Assembly (NCBI RefSeq): GCF_035084215.1
Contig: NC_090329.1
Span: forward strand, 29,388,001 to 29,452,000
From: Heptranchias perlo
Lineage: Eukaryota
Direction: 5' to 3'
DNA length: 64,000 nucleotides
Part shown: piece after piece, positions 49,816 through 62,469 of the stretch
Numbering within the stretch: position 1 is the stretch's first letter
Layout of the letters: every line of letters begins with the position of its first letter
Notes under the pieces: generated by a model
What the model saw: the letters and a program-made list of their open reading frames with translations, nothing else
What the model was told of the DNA's origin: nothing
Database searches by the model: none
Program-made: the position numbers and the translations under genes

Positions 49816-51124
49816 TTTGCTCTGTTAAAGGCAGAGGAAGGGTGACATTCCCAAGGGGAGGTAGGGGAATAAAGAAAATAGTGAAGACTTCTTTGGAACT
49901 GGTTGGTGGCAGCAGAGACCCTGTTGAAGTGGCAGCAGGTGGTGTGGGAACAAGGAACAAGTAAGGAATAGACACCTTGTATGGGTGTATGACTGACATT
50001 GGCACAATATAAGGTTACTGAGAAGCTCATACAAGTCAACAGATGGTCAAACTCTGCATCTAGTTTCATAAAAACTGTAGAAACCAGAGTCTGTCAGATT
50101 GTTTCTATCTCGTTAGTGTAGATCTATTGATCCAGACAGGGCAGAAGGGTTATTGCTGTTATTCCAAAAGGACAATCTGTCAGGAGAAAAAGCTATAAAT
50201 AATAGACAAGTTGGAACTATTGGTCAGTTTCTCTAGAAGCAAACTTGCTGCTGGCTTAGTTTTGTGGGGTCTATGGGTTGCTAGATAGAAGGGGAATGGT
50301 TTCAGAGTTATTATCTATCGGTGCTGCCATTGAACCTCTTGTGGATAGTAGATGCAAAGGTGAAACACATTCGTGCACTCCAGGCATCTTGTTGCTTTTA
50401 ACACTGTATAATCCATAAAACTGGAAGAAAAAGGGATGTAACTATGCTTAATTTACATTAGATGTAGTGAAGCAATGCTCATTTTTTGACTTGCTGCAAT
50501 ATGGAAAATGTGATCAAAGCACACCTGTATTCCAATGACATCAAACACTTAAGTGCTGCTTATTTAAAATTCAAAGAAGGTTATGGCTATATTTTAGCTA
50601 GTGATCTGAGATCGAGATCTACAGTATCAATTTGCAACCGGCAGTTATTTTTTATACTACTTGATTGCAAATCCAACTCTCCTGATTAATAGCGAGCTTT
50701 AGACTGGTAAATTTTAAATGTATGTAAACGTAGGAATGCCTGTATACTCAACATTTTAAATAAATTCTGCTTAAGTTTATAATGTGCCCAGGAGATCCAA
50801 TAGACCCTGTGGCAGCTTTTAAAACTTGGTTTGACACTGCACTGGAGTTATATTTTGAAACACCTTTTTAGAACAATCCCAATTGGCTCATAACCCTGAA
50901 CTATTTTTGTTTGGGCCTGACACCCAACTGTTAAACTCCTTGGGATGACTTGCTATGTAGAAACGGCTCTATAAATCTAAGTTTGTTATATGTAGTAGTT
51001 GGCATTTGGATTGGCTTAGAAGCTGATCTGGGGGCTCCCAATTTGTTAAAAGATTAGCTTCTGATCTGAATAAATTTGTACGTCATGCTGTGTAATTAAT
51101 CATTTTAACTTTTTTTCCCTACAG

Positions 51125-51265
51125 CATTTAAACAAAAGGTGTTAAAGAAATTATATTCTTCGCCACCTCTCGAAGAAAAGATCCATGAAGCTCCTACAAA
51201 AAATTCAAGGGCAAAACTAGAACAGAGGGAAGTGGAAAGGAACAAAATCAATGGTGACGCAGTAG
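51125..51265 (+). CDS. ERICH1: ERICH1 coding exon 2 (141 nt, phase 1-1)
   Basis: Polypyrimidine tract TTTTTTTCCCTACAG|; open frame (A)FKQKVLKKLYSSPPLEEKIHEAPTKNSRAKLEQREVERNKINGDAV; donor G|GTAACT. Confidence 0.85.
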
Positions 51266-51899
51266 GTAACTGGTGTAAAACATATCTGCACTGCAACAAA
51301 TGAACTATAGACCCTTTTGTATATAGTAAATACAGTACTATGAATCTATTTTGGCATTCTACAACTGAAATTGACTTGACAGCACTGCTGAATCACCATG
51401 TCCCCTTGTATGCAAGCTGTCGTGACCCCCAGCAGTCTTACAATTTAATTGTATGGCTTCCACCAAGTATAATACATCTATCTTGATGGAAATATTGATT
51501 ATTATTTTCATCCTGCTGTTTTAACTTTAGAAAAATAGCTATACACAAAACTTCAGTATCATCAAGACAAGAACTCAAGAAATGTATATAGTTAGACTTG
51601 CTTTGTTTAGACTTTTATACTGTGTACTAGAAGTTTAAATTTTATACATTAGATATAGCATTAGTTAGATAAAGTTTAGAAGTGTCGCAATGGCAGCATA
51701 ACAGTGACCTATGTTGTGCTAATCTTGCTGGGTTTAGGATTATTTGGATGGTTTGAGCATCTAGAGTCATCACACTTGCACAAAGTGTTTCAAGCTTCAT
51801 TCGCTCAAGCTTAAAGTTACATTTGGGAAGTGGGAGTGGTTTCTGGAACAAATGTTCCAAGACGTGGTCAGCATCAGACTGACCAGTAGTAGAGGATAA

Positions 51900-54800
51900 A
51901 AATTGGAAGCACGTCGCCATCTGTTGAGGTCAGAAGAGGAAGAAGGAGGAAGTGCAAGGGACTCCTGAGGGTGTTACCTTAATGTATAAGTACTAAATAC
52001 TTATTCCAAGGAGACCAATTTGTGACGGGTAGCCACAAGCTAGGCCATGGTGCTGTATAAAAACTGGTTGCTCAAGGGAGAGAAATCCAGGAACACAGTG
52101 ATAGTGGAAGATTCAATAGTGAGAGGAGTAGATGGTCACCTCTTCTGTACCCATAAATGTGAGCCCTGAATGGTCTGTTGCCTCCCAAGTATCAGGGTGA
52201 GGACAGAACTGAGTGGGTGCAGAAGCTTTTAGAGAGCAAGGGAGATCAGCCAGAAGTTGTAGTTCATGTCAGAACCAACAGTATAGAGAAGACTAAGATT
52301 AAGATCCTGAAAAAATAGTTCAAGAAATTAGGTAATTGGATAAGCAGCAGGATGTCAATGGTAGTAATCTCAGGATTAGTACCAATGCCACATGTTAGCC
52401 AGTACAGGGCCAGCCAGATTAGGAAGGTAAATATGCGGCTAGAAGAAAAGGGCTCAGATTCCTGGGGCATTGTGACCAATATACCTGAACAGAGCCAGTA
52501 TTCTTGCAGAGAAGTTAACTAGAGCTGTGGAGGAGGCTTTAAATTAATCTAGTGGAGAAAAGCAGGAAAACAAAGTTGGCAGCCTGAAAGGGAAAGTAAG
52601 CTTTAAGTGTGTAGGTAATAAGGAGGTAGAAAAGTTGAAAGACACTAAACGGGATAAGAATGTTGTTTTAAAAAAAAAATTGGAGTGTGTAAGAATAAAA
52701 AAATAAGATTGACGTGGGAGTTCAAACTAAATGCAAAAAGAGTATAAGAAACAACATCAGGCAACTAGAGTCATCTATTAAAATAGAAAATTATGATCTA
52801 ACAGTACCTGGTATGTGGCTGCAGCTGGTCAGGGTTGGCATTAAAATATCCCTAGGTATAAAACTTCCAAAGGAATACAGAAGGAAGAAAGGGATGTGTG
52901 GTAGTGCTATTAGGTAGAGAAATATCATGGGACGAGAGCATAAGAATTTAAATATTCAGTCCAAATTGAATCCCTTTGGATTGATCTGAAGAATGCTAAA
53001 GTGTCAATCACATTATTTGGAGTACATTATAGACCATTGAACAGTGGAAAGAAAATTAAGGGTGAAATTTGTAGACAAATTAGCTCAGTATATATTAACA
53101 ATAGAATTATAATTGTCAAATTTTAACGATCCAAATATAGACCGGGTCAGGTAAAATGTTTATGGTGAACAAAGGTAGATTTTTTTTTTTTTGCAATGTC
53201 TTCAGATCTATGTTGCTCCAGAAAGGAAAGAAGCAATAGTTGACCTGGTTCTGAGTAATGAAACAGTACAAGTAGACCATTTAAAAGTAGGGGAACATTT
53301 GGGAAACAGTGATCACGATATAATTAGGTTCAGTGTTGGAACAGAAAAGGACAAGGGTATTTGGGAAAAAATTGAATTTTGCTGAGAAAAGCAAATTATA
53401 GTGAGATAAGGGACCTTAGACTAAATAGAGGGTAAAATTGGGAAATAGAACTATAGGTCATCAATAGAAAATATTTATACAGACAATGGAAAGGATAGAA
53501 ATCAGGTACATTCAATGAGGGAAGAAATGGGAGTGTTTCAAAGGCTGAGTTCCATAGCTAAATCAAGGCACTGGATCAAATTTGAAACTTTTTTTTAAAA
53601 AGCAGTTAGCACTTTTTTATTCGTTCACGGGATGTGGGCGTCGCTGGCGAGGCCAGCATTTATTGCCCATCCCTAATTGCCCTCGAGAAGGTGGTGGTGA
53701 GCCGCCTTCTTGAACCGCTGCAGTCCGTGTGGTGACGGTTCTCCCACAGTGCTGTTAGGAAGGGAGTTCCAGGATTTTGACCCAGCGACAATGAAGGAAC
53801 GGCGATATATTTTCAAGTCGGGATGGTGTGTGACTTGGAGGGGAACGTGCAGGTGGTGTTGTTCCCATGTGCCTGCTGCTCTTGTCCTTCTAGGTGGTAG
53901 AGGTCGCGGGTTTGTGAGGTGCTGTCGAAGAAGCCTTGGCGAGTTGCTGCAGTGCATCCTGTGGATGGTGCACACTGCAGCCACAGTGCGCTGGTGGTGA
54001 AGGGAGTGAATGGGGTGCCAATCAAGCGGGCTGCTTTATCTTGGATGGTGTCGAGCTTCTTGAGTGTTGTTGGAGCTGCACTCATCCAGGCAAGTGGAGA
54101 GTATTCCATCACACTCCTGACTTGTGCCTTGTAGATGGTGGAAAGGCTTTGGGGAGTCAGGAGGTGAGTCACTGGCCGCAGAATACCCAGCCTCTGACCT
54201 GCTCTAGTAACCACAGTATTTATATGGCTGGTCCAGTTAAGTTTCTGGTCAATGGTGACCCCCAGGATGTTGATGGTGGGGGATTCGGCGATGGTAATGC
54301 CATTGAATGTCAAGGGGATGTGTTTAGACTCTCTCTTGTTGGAGATGGTCATTGCCTGGCACTTATCTGGCGTGAATGTTACTTGCCACTTATGAGCCCA
54401 AGCCTGGATGTTGTCCAGGTCTTGCTGCATGCGGGCTCGGACTGCTTCATTATTTGAGGGGTTGCGAATGGAACTGAACACTGTGCAGTCATCAGCGAAC
54501 ATCCCCATTTCTGACCTTATGATGGAGGGAAGGTCATTGATGAAGCAGCTGAAGATGGTTGGGCCTAGGACACTGCCCTGAGGAACTCCTGCAGCAATGT
54601 CCTGGGGCTGAGATGATTGGCCTCCAACAACCACTACCATCTTCCTTTGTGCTAGGTATGACTCCAGCCACTGGAGAGTTTTCCCCCTGATTCCCATTGA
54701 CTTCAATTTTACTAGGGCTCCTTGGTGCCACACTCGGTCAAATGCTGCCTTGATGTCAAGGGCAGTCACTCTCACCTCACCTCTGGAATTCAGCTGTTTT

Positions 54801-56300
54801 GTCCATGTTTGGACCAAGGCTGTAATGAGGTCTGGAGCCGAGTGGTCCTGGCGGAACCCAAACTGAGCATCGGTGAGCAGGTTATTGGTGAGTAAGTGCC
54901 GCTTGATAGCACTTAGTAGATAATGGAAAAGTAAGCCAGGATAAAATATAGTACGGCTATGAAAAGGAAGAATGGAAAAGCTAAGAGGCACTATGAAAGA
55001 AAACTGGTAAAAACCAAGAAAGGCAATTTTTTAAAAAAAAACTTTCAATGGACACGAGTAATAAGAGGAAAGTCAAGGTGGGGTAGAGTCGCTACAAAGT
55101 GAAGGGAACAAGCTCATGGCGGAAAGTAAGGGAACTGCAGAAATACTAAATAAATTATTTTCCTCTGTTTTCAGAGGAGACGAATATTGGTATTTTAGAA
55201 CCACCAGAGATGATATAGGGCACTTGGTGGAGGTTGTTATTGAAAGAAAGATGGTACTAAAGATGTTACTCAAGCTTAAGGTAGACAAATCACTCGGATC
55301 TGATCATTTACATCTGAGAATCTTGAGGGGAGCTGGGGATAAAATTCTGTGAAAAGCAAAGTGCCAGAGAACTGAAGGACGGCCAATGTGACTTCCCGCC
55401 ACAAAATAGGAGACTGGATAAGCCAGTTAGTCTTACTTCAGTTGTTGGTAAACTACTAGAGTCCATAATACAGGATGAAGCTGCAAAGTACTTGCACTGT
55501 CATGAGTTCATCCTGGTCAGTCAGCACAGATTTCTAAAGGGTAAGCCATGCTTGATTAACCCTATAGAGCTCTGAAGAAATAATTGATAGGTAAAGGAAA
55601 TGTTATGGTTTGTGATTTTCAAAATTTGATAAGATACCACATAAGAGACTTTTGGCAAAGATAATACACGTGGAATTAGCAACATGGCTAAAGAGATAGT
55701 TGGAGGGCAAAAACACAAAGAGTAGGAATAAAAGGAAGGTTCTGATTGGAAAGATGTGAATTGCATTCTGCATTTGAGCCACTTTTATCTTCTACATAGT
55801 GAAATGATCGAGATATAGGAATTGAGAGAACAATATCAAAATTTACTGAATACCCCAAATTGGGGATGGTGATACTGAAAGACTCCACAAAGATGGAATA
55901 GGCAGGCAGCTGGCTGATACAGCTGATTGTAGAGAAAGAGACTGGGAAAAGAAAGTACACTTTAAGTGGTAAAATTTTAGATGGAGTAGAGCGATTTTAG
56001 TGTACATATACACAGGCCATTAAAAGTAGAAATCCATAAAAATGCGAACAATTGATGGATTTCGTACGGTTTTAGGCACCCCACCATAGGGTGGATATAA
56101 AAGCAGAAGAGGTGCAGAGTAGATACTGTATATTACTGGGAATGAAGCACCTTTATGAATAGACACTTAAGAAGTTAGAGCTTTTATCACTAGAACTGAG
56201 TAGATTAAGGAGTGACTTGAAGGAGGCTTTCAAAATTATGTAGGATTATGATCAATTAAATAGCAATGAATTATTTCCACATTGCTAGTTCTAGTTCAAA
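51900..56300 (+). mobile_element. Old, heavily decayed long CR1 (ORF1 esterase and ORF2 remnants)
   Basis: VIVEDSIVRG, MVCCLP, HVRTNS, VDLVLSNE...HLGNSDH, DKSLGSDHLHLRIL; interrupted by family B at 53613-54913. Confidence 0.8.
53613..54913 (-). mobile_element. LINE family B copy, 5'-truncated, nested in old CR1
   Basis: Open RT frame ([29 protein letters not shown]); poly(T) at 53613; TAGCACTT at 53607-53614 and 54907-54914. Confidence 0.92.
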
Positions 56301-56692
56301 AATCTGCAAAGGAAGGTACAGTGCCATTTTTTTAAAACTGATGACTCATAATTAGGGTTCCCTGTTTTTGAGTTTAACTGATTTAAAACCGTATAGAACA
56401 AAAAACGTTGAAGTCTGTTTGGAGGAGGGGGAAAATGCACATTTGGACCACAGAAGCCTATTAACTTACTAGTTATTGGGTAGTCGAGGTAGCAGGACAC
56501 AAATTTGTCTACCTAATGTTTTTAAATTGAAACTTTGGAAAAAGCTGCCAACTTAGTGGTTGAGTTAGAGTGGGTGATCAACTTGAGACATTTCTGTACA
56601 GAGCACACTGTGGTTATGGTGGAATTCTACCCAGAATACATTACTAGAGAAGAAGTCATGACAGTCCCAGTGGTGGAAAGCATTCAATGATG

Positions 56693-57755
56693 CATAAGAA
56701 CATAAGAAATAGGAGCAGGAGTAGGCCAATCGGCCCCTCGAGCCTGCTCCGCCATTCAATAAGATCATGGCTGATCTGATCCTAACCTCAAATCTAAATT
56801 CATGTCCAATTTCCTGCCCGCTCCCCGTAACCCCTAATTCCCTTTATTTCTAGGAAACTGTCTATTTCTGTTTTAAATTTATTTAATGATGTAGCTTCCA
56901 CAGACCTACTACCCTCTGAGTGAAGAAGTTTCTCCGCATCTCAGTTTTGAAAGAGCAGCCCCTTATTCTAAGATTATGCCCCCTAGTTCTAGTTTCACCC
57001 ATCCTTGGGAACATCCTTACCGCATCCACCCGATCAAGCCCCTTCACAATCTTATATGTTTCAATAAGATCGCCTCTCATTCTTCTGAACTCCAATGAGT
57101 AGAGTCCCAATCTACTCAACCTCTCCTCATATGTCCGCCCCCTCATCCCCGGGATTAGCCGAGTGAACCTTCTTTGTACTGCCTCGAGAGCAAGTATGTC
57201 TTTTCTTAAGTATGGACACCAAAACTGAATGCAGTATTCCAGGTGCGGTCTCACCAATACCTTATATAACTGCAGCAATACCTCCCTGTTTTTATATTCT
57301 ATCCCCCTAGCAATAAAAGCCAACATTCTGTTGGCCTTCTTGATCACCTGCTGCACCTGCATACTAGCTTTTTGATTTTCTTGCACTAGGACCCCCAGAT
57401 CCCTTTGTACTGCAGTACTTTCCAGTTTCTCGCCATTAAGATAATAACTTGCTCTCTGATTTTTCCTGCCATAGTGCATAACCTCACATTTTCCAATATT
57501 ATTGCATCTGCCAAATCTCCGCCCACTCACCCAGCCTGTCTAAATCCCCCTGTAGGTTTTTTATGTCCTCCTCACTCTCCACTTTCCCTCCCATCTTTGT
57601 ATCATCTGCAAACTTTGATACGTTACACTCAGTCCCCTCCTCCAAATCGTTAATATAGATTGTAAAGAGTTGGGGACCCAGCACCGACCCCTGCGGAACA
57701 CCACTGGCTACTGGTTGCCAGTCCGAGAATGAACCATTTATCCCAACTCTCTGTT
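56693..57755 (-). mobile_element. CR1 3' fragment
   Basis: [37 protein letters not shown]; (CATAAGAA)2 tail. Confidence 0.92.
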
Positions 57756-57784
57756 GCAGGCTAGAATTCTTCATAAAATAGTAG

Positions 57785-58152
57785 AACATACAAGATTCTG
57801 AGGGGTCTTGACGACAGGGTAGATGCTGAGAGGTTGTTTCCCCTGGCTGGAGAGTCGAGAACTAGGGGGCATTGTCGCAGGATAAGGGGTCAGCCATTTA
57901 AGACTGAGATGGAGGAGGAATTTCTTCACTCAGGGTTGTGAATCTTTGGAATTCTCTACCCCAGAGGGCTGTGGATGCTGAGTCGTGGAATATATTCAAG
58001 GCTGAGATAGATTGGACTCTAGGGGAATCAAGGGATATGGGGATCAGGTGGGAAAATGGAGTTGAGGTCGAAGATCAGCCATGATCTGATTGAATGGCAG
58101 AGCCGGCTCAAGAGGCCGTATGGCCTACTCCTGCTCCTATTTCTTATGTTTC
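57785..58152 (+). mobile_element. CR1 3' fragment
   Basis: [22 protein letters not shown]; 3' UTR ending TTTCTTATGTTT. Confidence 0.88.
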
Positions 58153-58779
58153 CAAACACTTGGCAAGAGGATTTTATCTGTGAATACACTACTGATATCT
58201 TCCTGGGTTTTTTAAGGGGGAGTTTTCTTTTAATTTTTATATTTCCACATTTTGGCCTTTAAAATCAGTCTAATGTCAACAATTGTATATGACAAGAAAA
58301 AGATAATTTCATGTCAGTTATACATGAAGTTTCTCAGTTATACTGCAAAATGCCATTTCCAGTTTACAAACCAATTAGTTGCAACAGTAGTAAGGAAAAT
58401 TTTAAGATACTGAGTTTAATTGTGGATCTGAATTTGTTCCCAAATTTAGAGGATGTACATCTCTAGTAATTAGTGAGGGAAAGGAATCTTCTCAGGGCTG
58501 GGAAGAGCGAGGGATATGCAGTTACACTGCTGACCTCACCATGACCTCACTAGAGGAGCAAATGGTTAACCTGCTGTTTAATAAAAGCATAGGCAGCCCA
58601 ATGTTTACTAATTGCATTTAGCACACAACAAAAAGCCAATGCTTTTCTTTTGTATTTAATTATTAACTGTGGCACTTGTATTGTGGTTGCTGTAAACACT
58701 CTGATTTTTTTTTAAAAATTCATTTAAGATACTAAATGTAATATCTTTTGTACATGATTTCTTTACATCTTCTCTACAG

Positions 58780-58911
58780 ATGATGCCCAAATTATTCCAG
58801 TATGCAGGAAAGTCTATACAGTGAGCCTGCCCCCTTCTGGATATGAAGTGTGCTCAACTAGACCAAATGAGCAGCTTGAGTCTCAAGATTCAAGTGATGA
58901 AGAGCCAGATG
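58780..58911 (+). CDS. ERICH1: ERICH1 coding exon 3 (132 nt, phase 1-1)
   Basis: CTTCTCTACAG|; (D)DAQIIPVCRKVYTVSLPPSGYEVCSTRPNEQLESQDSSDEEPD matches the recalled ERICH1 motif RRLYTASGPPEGY; donor G|GTAAGA. The gene continues beyond the window. Confidence 0.88.
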
Positions 58912-58989
58912 GTAAGAATAGCATAATTTTGTTCCTTTTTAAATCTTTTTTCTAAAACAAAAAGGGGCAATAGTGATGTCAAACATCAG

Positions 58990-59900
58990 TTATATACTCA
59001 TAACACACATTTTATATCTCCAAAGATGGGTTCCAGTGTACATCCGTCGCCCTATTTGATCTCACCGTTCGTGAATACCAACCCTTCTGCCTTCCCATTA
59101 CAGCATGTAGTTGTTTCTTCCGTGAGTCTAGGGTCCTGCCCCCAACCATTCTTCCTGACAACCTGTTCCAGCTGTTGAACACCTGTGTAAAGAAATACTC
59201 ATATTTAGCCTAAATTGGCTCTTCACAGTGCTGAAGCTGTGTCCGCTTGTCCTGCTGCCCTGGTATATCTATATTGTTTTAGGTTTAATTTATCCTGTTA
59301 AGTATCTTGTATATCTCTAAAAAGTTATATTGGCTGTTACTTTTCACAGCTTAAGAGCTCTAGATTATCAAGTTATTCATCATAGCTCCTCCCTCTGATC
59401 CCAATGATTAAGATTGTTGCTCTCCTCTAGACTGCCTTCAAGGTTGTGATGGCCCCATTATGTTTCACGAACCAGAACAGTACACTATGGCATGAAGAGG
59501 ACACAGTGTAGCTTCAGTAGGACTCTGGCAAATCTAGGAAATGATTTGCTTTGTACATTACTACCTCACACTGTTTAGACATGATGTGGAGATGCCGGTG
59601 ATGGACTGGGGTGGACAAATGTAAGGAATCTTACAACACCAGGTTATAGTCCAACAATTTTATTTTAAAATCACAAGCTTTCAGGTGACGAAGGGGATAA
59701 TCTCCGAAAGCTTGTGATTTTAAAATAAAATTGTTGGACTATAACCTGGTGTTGTAAGATTCCTTACATTTGTTTAGACATGGTGAGCACTGAGTCAACT
59801 AATGCCTTGCCCTGTGTTTCAATGTTTCTGTAAGTAAGTTCTACCCCACGTAGTAAATGTGTCTCCTATTTTTATTTCTATATATTCATTCCCCATAAGC
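58990..59900 (-). mobile_element. Very old CR1-like 3' fragment hosting the palindromic insertion
   Basis: Reverse complement shows RTSGHSFSTV and FFTQVFNSWNRL, CR1 C-terminal motifs. Confidence 0.5.
59584..59770. mobile_element. Inverted (palindromic) Penelope-like mini-element with 12-bp TSD
   Basis: Perfect 68-bp inverted repeat 59615-59682 / 59706-59773; TGTTTAGACATG at 59572-59583 and 59771-59782; damaged hammerhead cores at the centre. Confidence 0.85.
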
Positions 59901-59961
59901 TAATTGAAAATTGCTTAAGAAACAAAAATCCTGTTCAAACATGCGGTGTTCCTGTATTTAC

Positions 59962-62075
59962 ATCAAGTTACATCAGGTCTGTAGCACAGAAACAAGCCAT
60001 TCGGCCCAACTGGTCCATGCCGGCGTTTATGCACCACACGAGCCTCCTCCCTCCCTACTTCATCGATCCCTACCAGCGTACCCTTTTATTCCTTTCTCCC
60101 TTGTATGCTTTTCTAGCTTTCCCTTAAATGCATCTATGCTATTTGCTTCAACTATTCCTTGTGGAAGCGAGTTCTACATTCTTACCGCTCTTCGGGTAAA
60201 GACGTTTCTCCTGAATTCCCTATTGGAATTATTAGTGACTTATCTTATATTTATGACCTCTAGTTTTGGACCCCCCCCGACAAGTGGGAACATTTTCTCT
60301 GTCTTCCCTATCAAACCCTTTCATTATCTTAGACCTCTATCAGGTCACCCCTCAGCCTTCTCTTTTCTAGAGAAAAGAACCCCAGCCTGTTCAGCCTTTC
60401 CTGATTGAAAAATTTCCTCTCAGTTCTGGTATCATCCTTGTGAATTTTTTTTGCACCTTCTCCAATGCCTCTACATCCTTTTTATAATATGGGGACCAGA
60501 ACTGCTCACAGTACTCCCAAGAGTGGTCTAAACAAGGATCTATACAAGTTTAACATCCCTGCTTTTCAATTCTATCCCTGGAGAAATGAACCCCACTGCT
60601 TGGTTTGCCTTTTTCATGGCCTTATTAACCTACATTGCTACATTTAGTGACATGTAGAGATATTATCCAAGCAATATATGGCCTCCTTATTCTTCCTACC
60701 AAAATGCACCACCTCACTTATCTATATTGAAATTCATTTGCCAATTACATGCCCATTCTGCAAGTTTATTAATGTCTTCTTCCACTTTATCGCATTCTTC
60801 CTTTGCAATAACTACATCCCCCCCACCCTCCTCCCACCCGATTTGGTGTCGCTCGAAAATTTTGAAATTGTATTTCCGATTCCCGAGTCCAAATTATTAA
60901 TGTAAATTGTGAACAACAGTGGTCCTAGTACTGATCCCTGTGGAACATCACTTCCCACTTGTTGCCACTGAGTAGCTACCCTTAACCCCTACTCTCTGTT
61001 TTGTAGCCAGCTTGCTATCCATTCTACTACTTGTCCCCTGACTCCACATGCTCTGACCTTAGTCATGAGTCTACTATGTGGTACTTTAATGAAGGCCTTT
61101 TGAAAATCCAAATGTATTACACCTATTGCATCACCCTTGTCTACTCTTTTTGTGTTACTTCTTCAAAGAATTCATTAAGGTTGGTCAAGCATGACTTTCC
61201 CTTCTGAAATCTGTTGCTCACTACTCTTTATTATATATTTGTTTTCTAAATGGTTTTCTATTACACCTTTGAATAAAAATTCCATTATCTTTCCTACCAC
61301 CAACGTTAAGCTAACTGGTCTATAGTTTCCTGGACTTATTCTAACTCCCTCTTTAAATATAAGAATAACATTAGCTGTCTGCCAGTCCCCTGGCGCTATT
61401 CCCTATTCTAATAAATTTTTGTATACATGTAATAGTGCCTCTGCTATCTTTTCCCTAACTTCTTTTACTATGCGTGGACGCAATCCATCCGGACCGGGGT
61501 TTTATCCTCTAAGTTTAATTAGTTTATCAATTATCTTTCTCGCCCACCCCTCACCCTCCCCACTGTTCTATTTTAAATGTCTTTTATATCTTTTTTGATC
61601 TCTTCTACCTTGTTAGTCTCCCTAGTAAATACTGAGGCAAAGTAATTATTCAATATTTCTGCCATTTCGCTGTCATCACCTGTGAGTTTATCTTGTGCAT
61701 CCCTTAGTGGCCCTGTCCCTATCCTGGTTTTTCTTTTGTTATTTATGTATCTGTAGAATATTTTACTATTTTTATATTCCTGGATAATTTAATTTAATCA
61801 TTCCTCTTTGCTTTCCTAATTTATTTTTTACTTCTTTCCAAACTCTTCGTATTCCCTTTTGTCATCCTCCTTTATTGTTTATGTACTTAAGAGTATGCCT
61901 TTTTCTTTAGTTTCAGTTTTACCCTTGTCTCGTTATTCATCCATGGGTGCTTCATTATTGGCGAGTTTGTGCTTGTTTCTTAGAGGAATATATTTCTCCT
62001 GATCACCTCTTGATTACCGTTTTAAATATTTCCCATGGCTGTTCTATCTCTTTGTCAAGTTTAAACATTTTTAAA
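59962..62075 (-). mobile_element. Degenerate CR1 LINE
   Basis: Reverse complement carries [33 protein letters not shown] and the ..GGCCGAATGGCTTGTTTCTGTGCT tail. Confidence 0.85.
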
Positions 62076-62276
62076 ATAAGGAATGAGCAACATGGCAACA
62101 TCAACAGTCCAGTTAAAGAATATGGTGGGTTTATGGCTGTTCTGATTCCGTCTCGTTAAATTTGTGAACATCTAATCCAACCATATACAGTATAGCTATA
62201 ATAGATCCTGTGGACCACGACTTTTTAATTATTTGTTCTCCGATGTGGGCGATGCTGACAAGGCTGCATTATTGCC

Positions 62277-62458
62277 TATTAATTGTATGATTTATATCAA
62301 TTAGTGTTAATTGTATTCAGGTGGTGGGTATCAATTGGGGACTCTTGTATTTTTATAGGAGAGCTTAGCTAGGGTATGTTGTGTGTAAGGGGAATCTCTG
62401 TGAATAAAGGTTGGAAGCAACTAAATACCAGGCTCGAGTATTCTATCCTTCACTACAT
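62277..62458 (+). mobile_element. Short solo-LTR-like element
   Basis: Homologous to the reverse complement of 44922-45070; TATA-like TTTTATAG, AATAAA, ends ..CTACA. Confidence 0.6.
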
Positions 62459-62469
62459 AGCTATCCAAT

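Noticed and set aside
51262-51270. Tandem donor GTAG|GTAAC at ERICH1 exon 2
   Set aside because: The upstream GT would shift frame relative to exon 3; no evidence of use.
53813-54991. 392-aa ORF (and the 394-aa ORF at 32717-33901) as host genes
   Set aside because: Both are LINE ORF2 pieces; the N-terminus of the first is read-through from flanking DNA.
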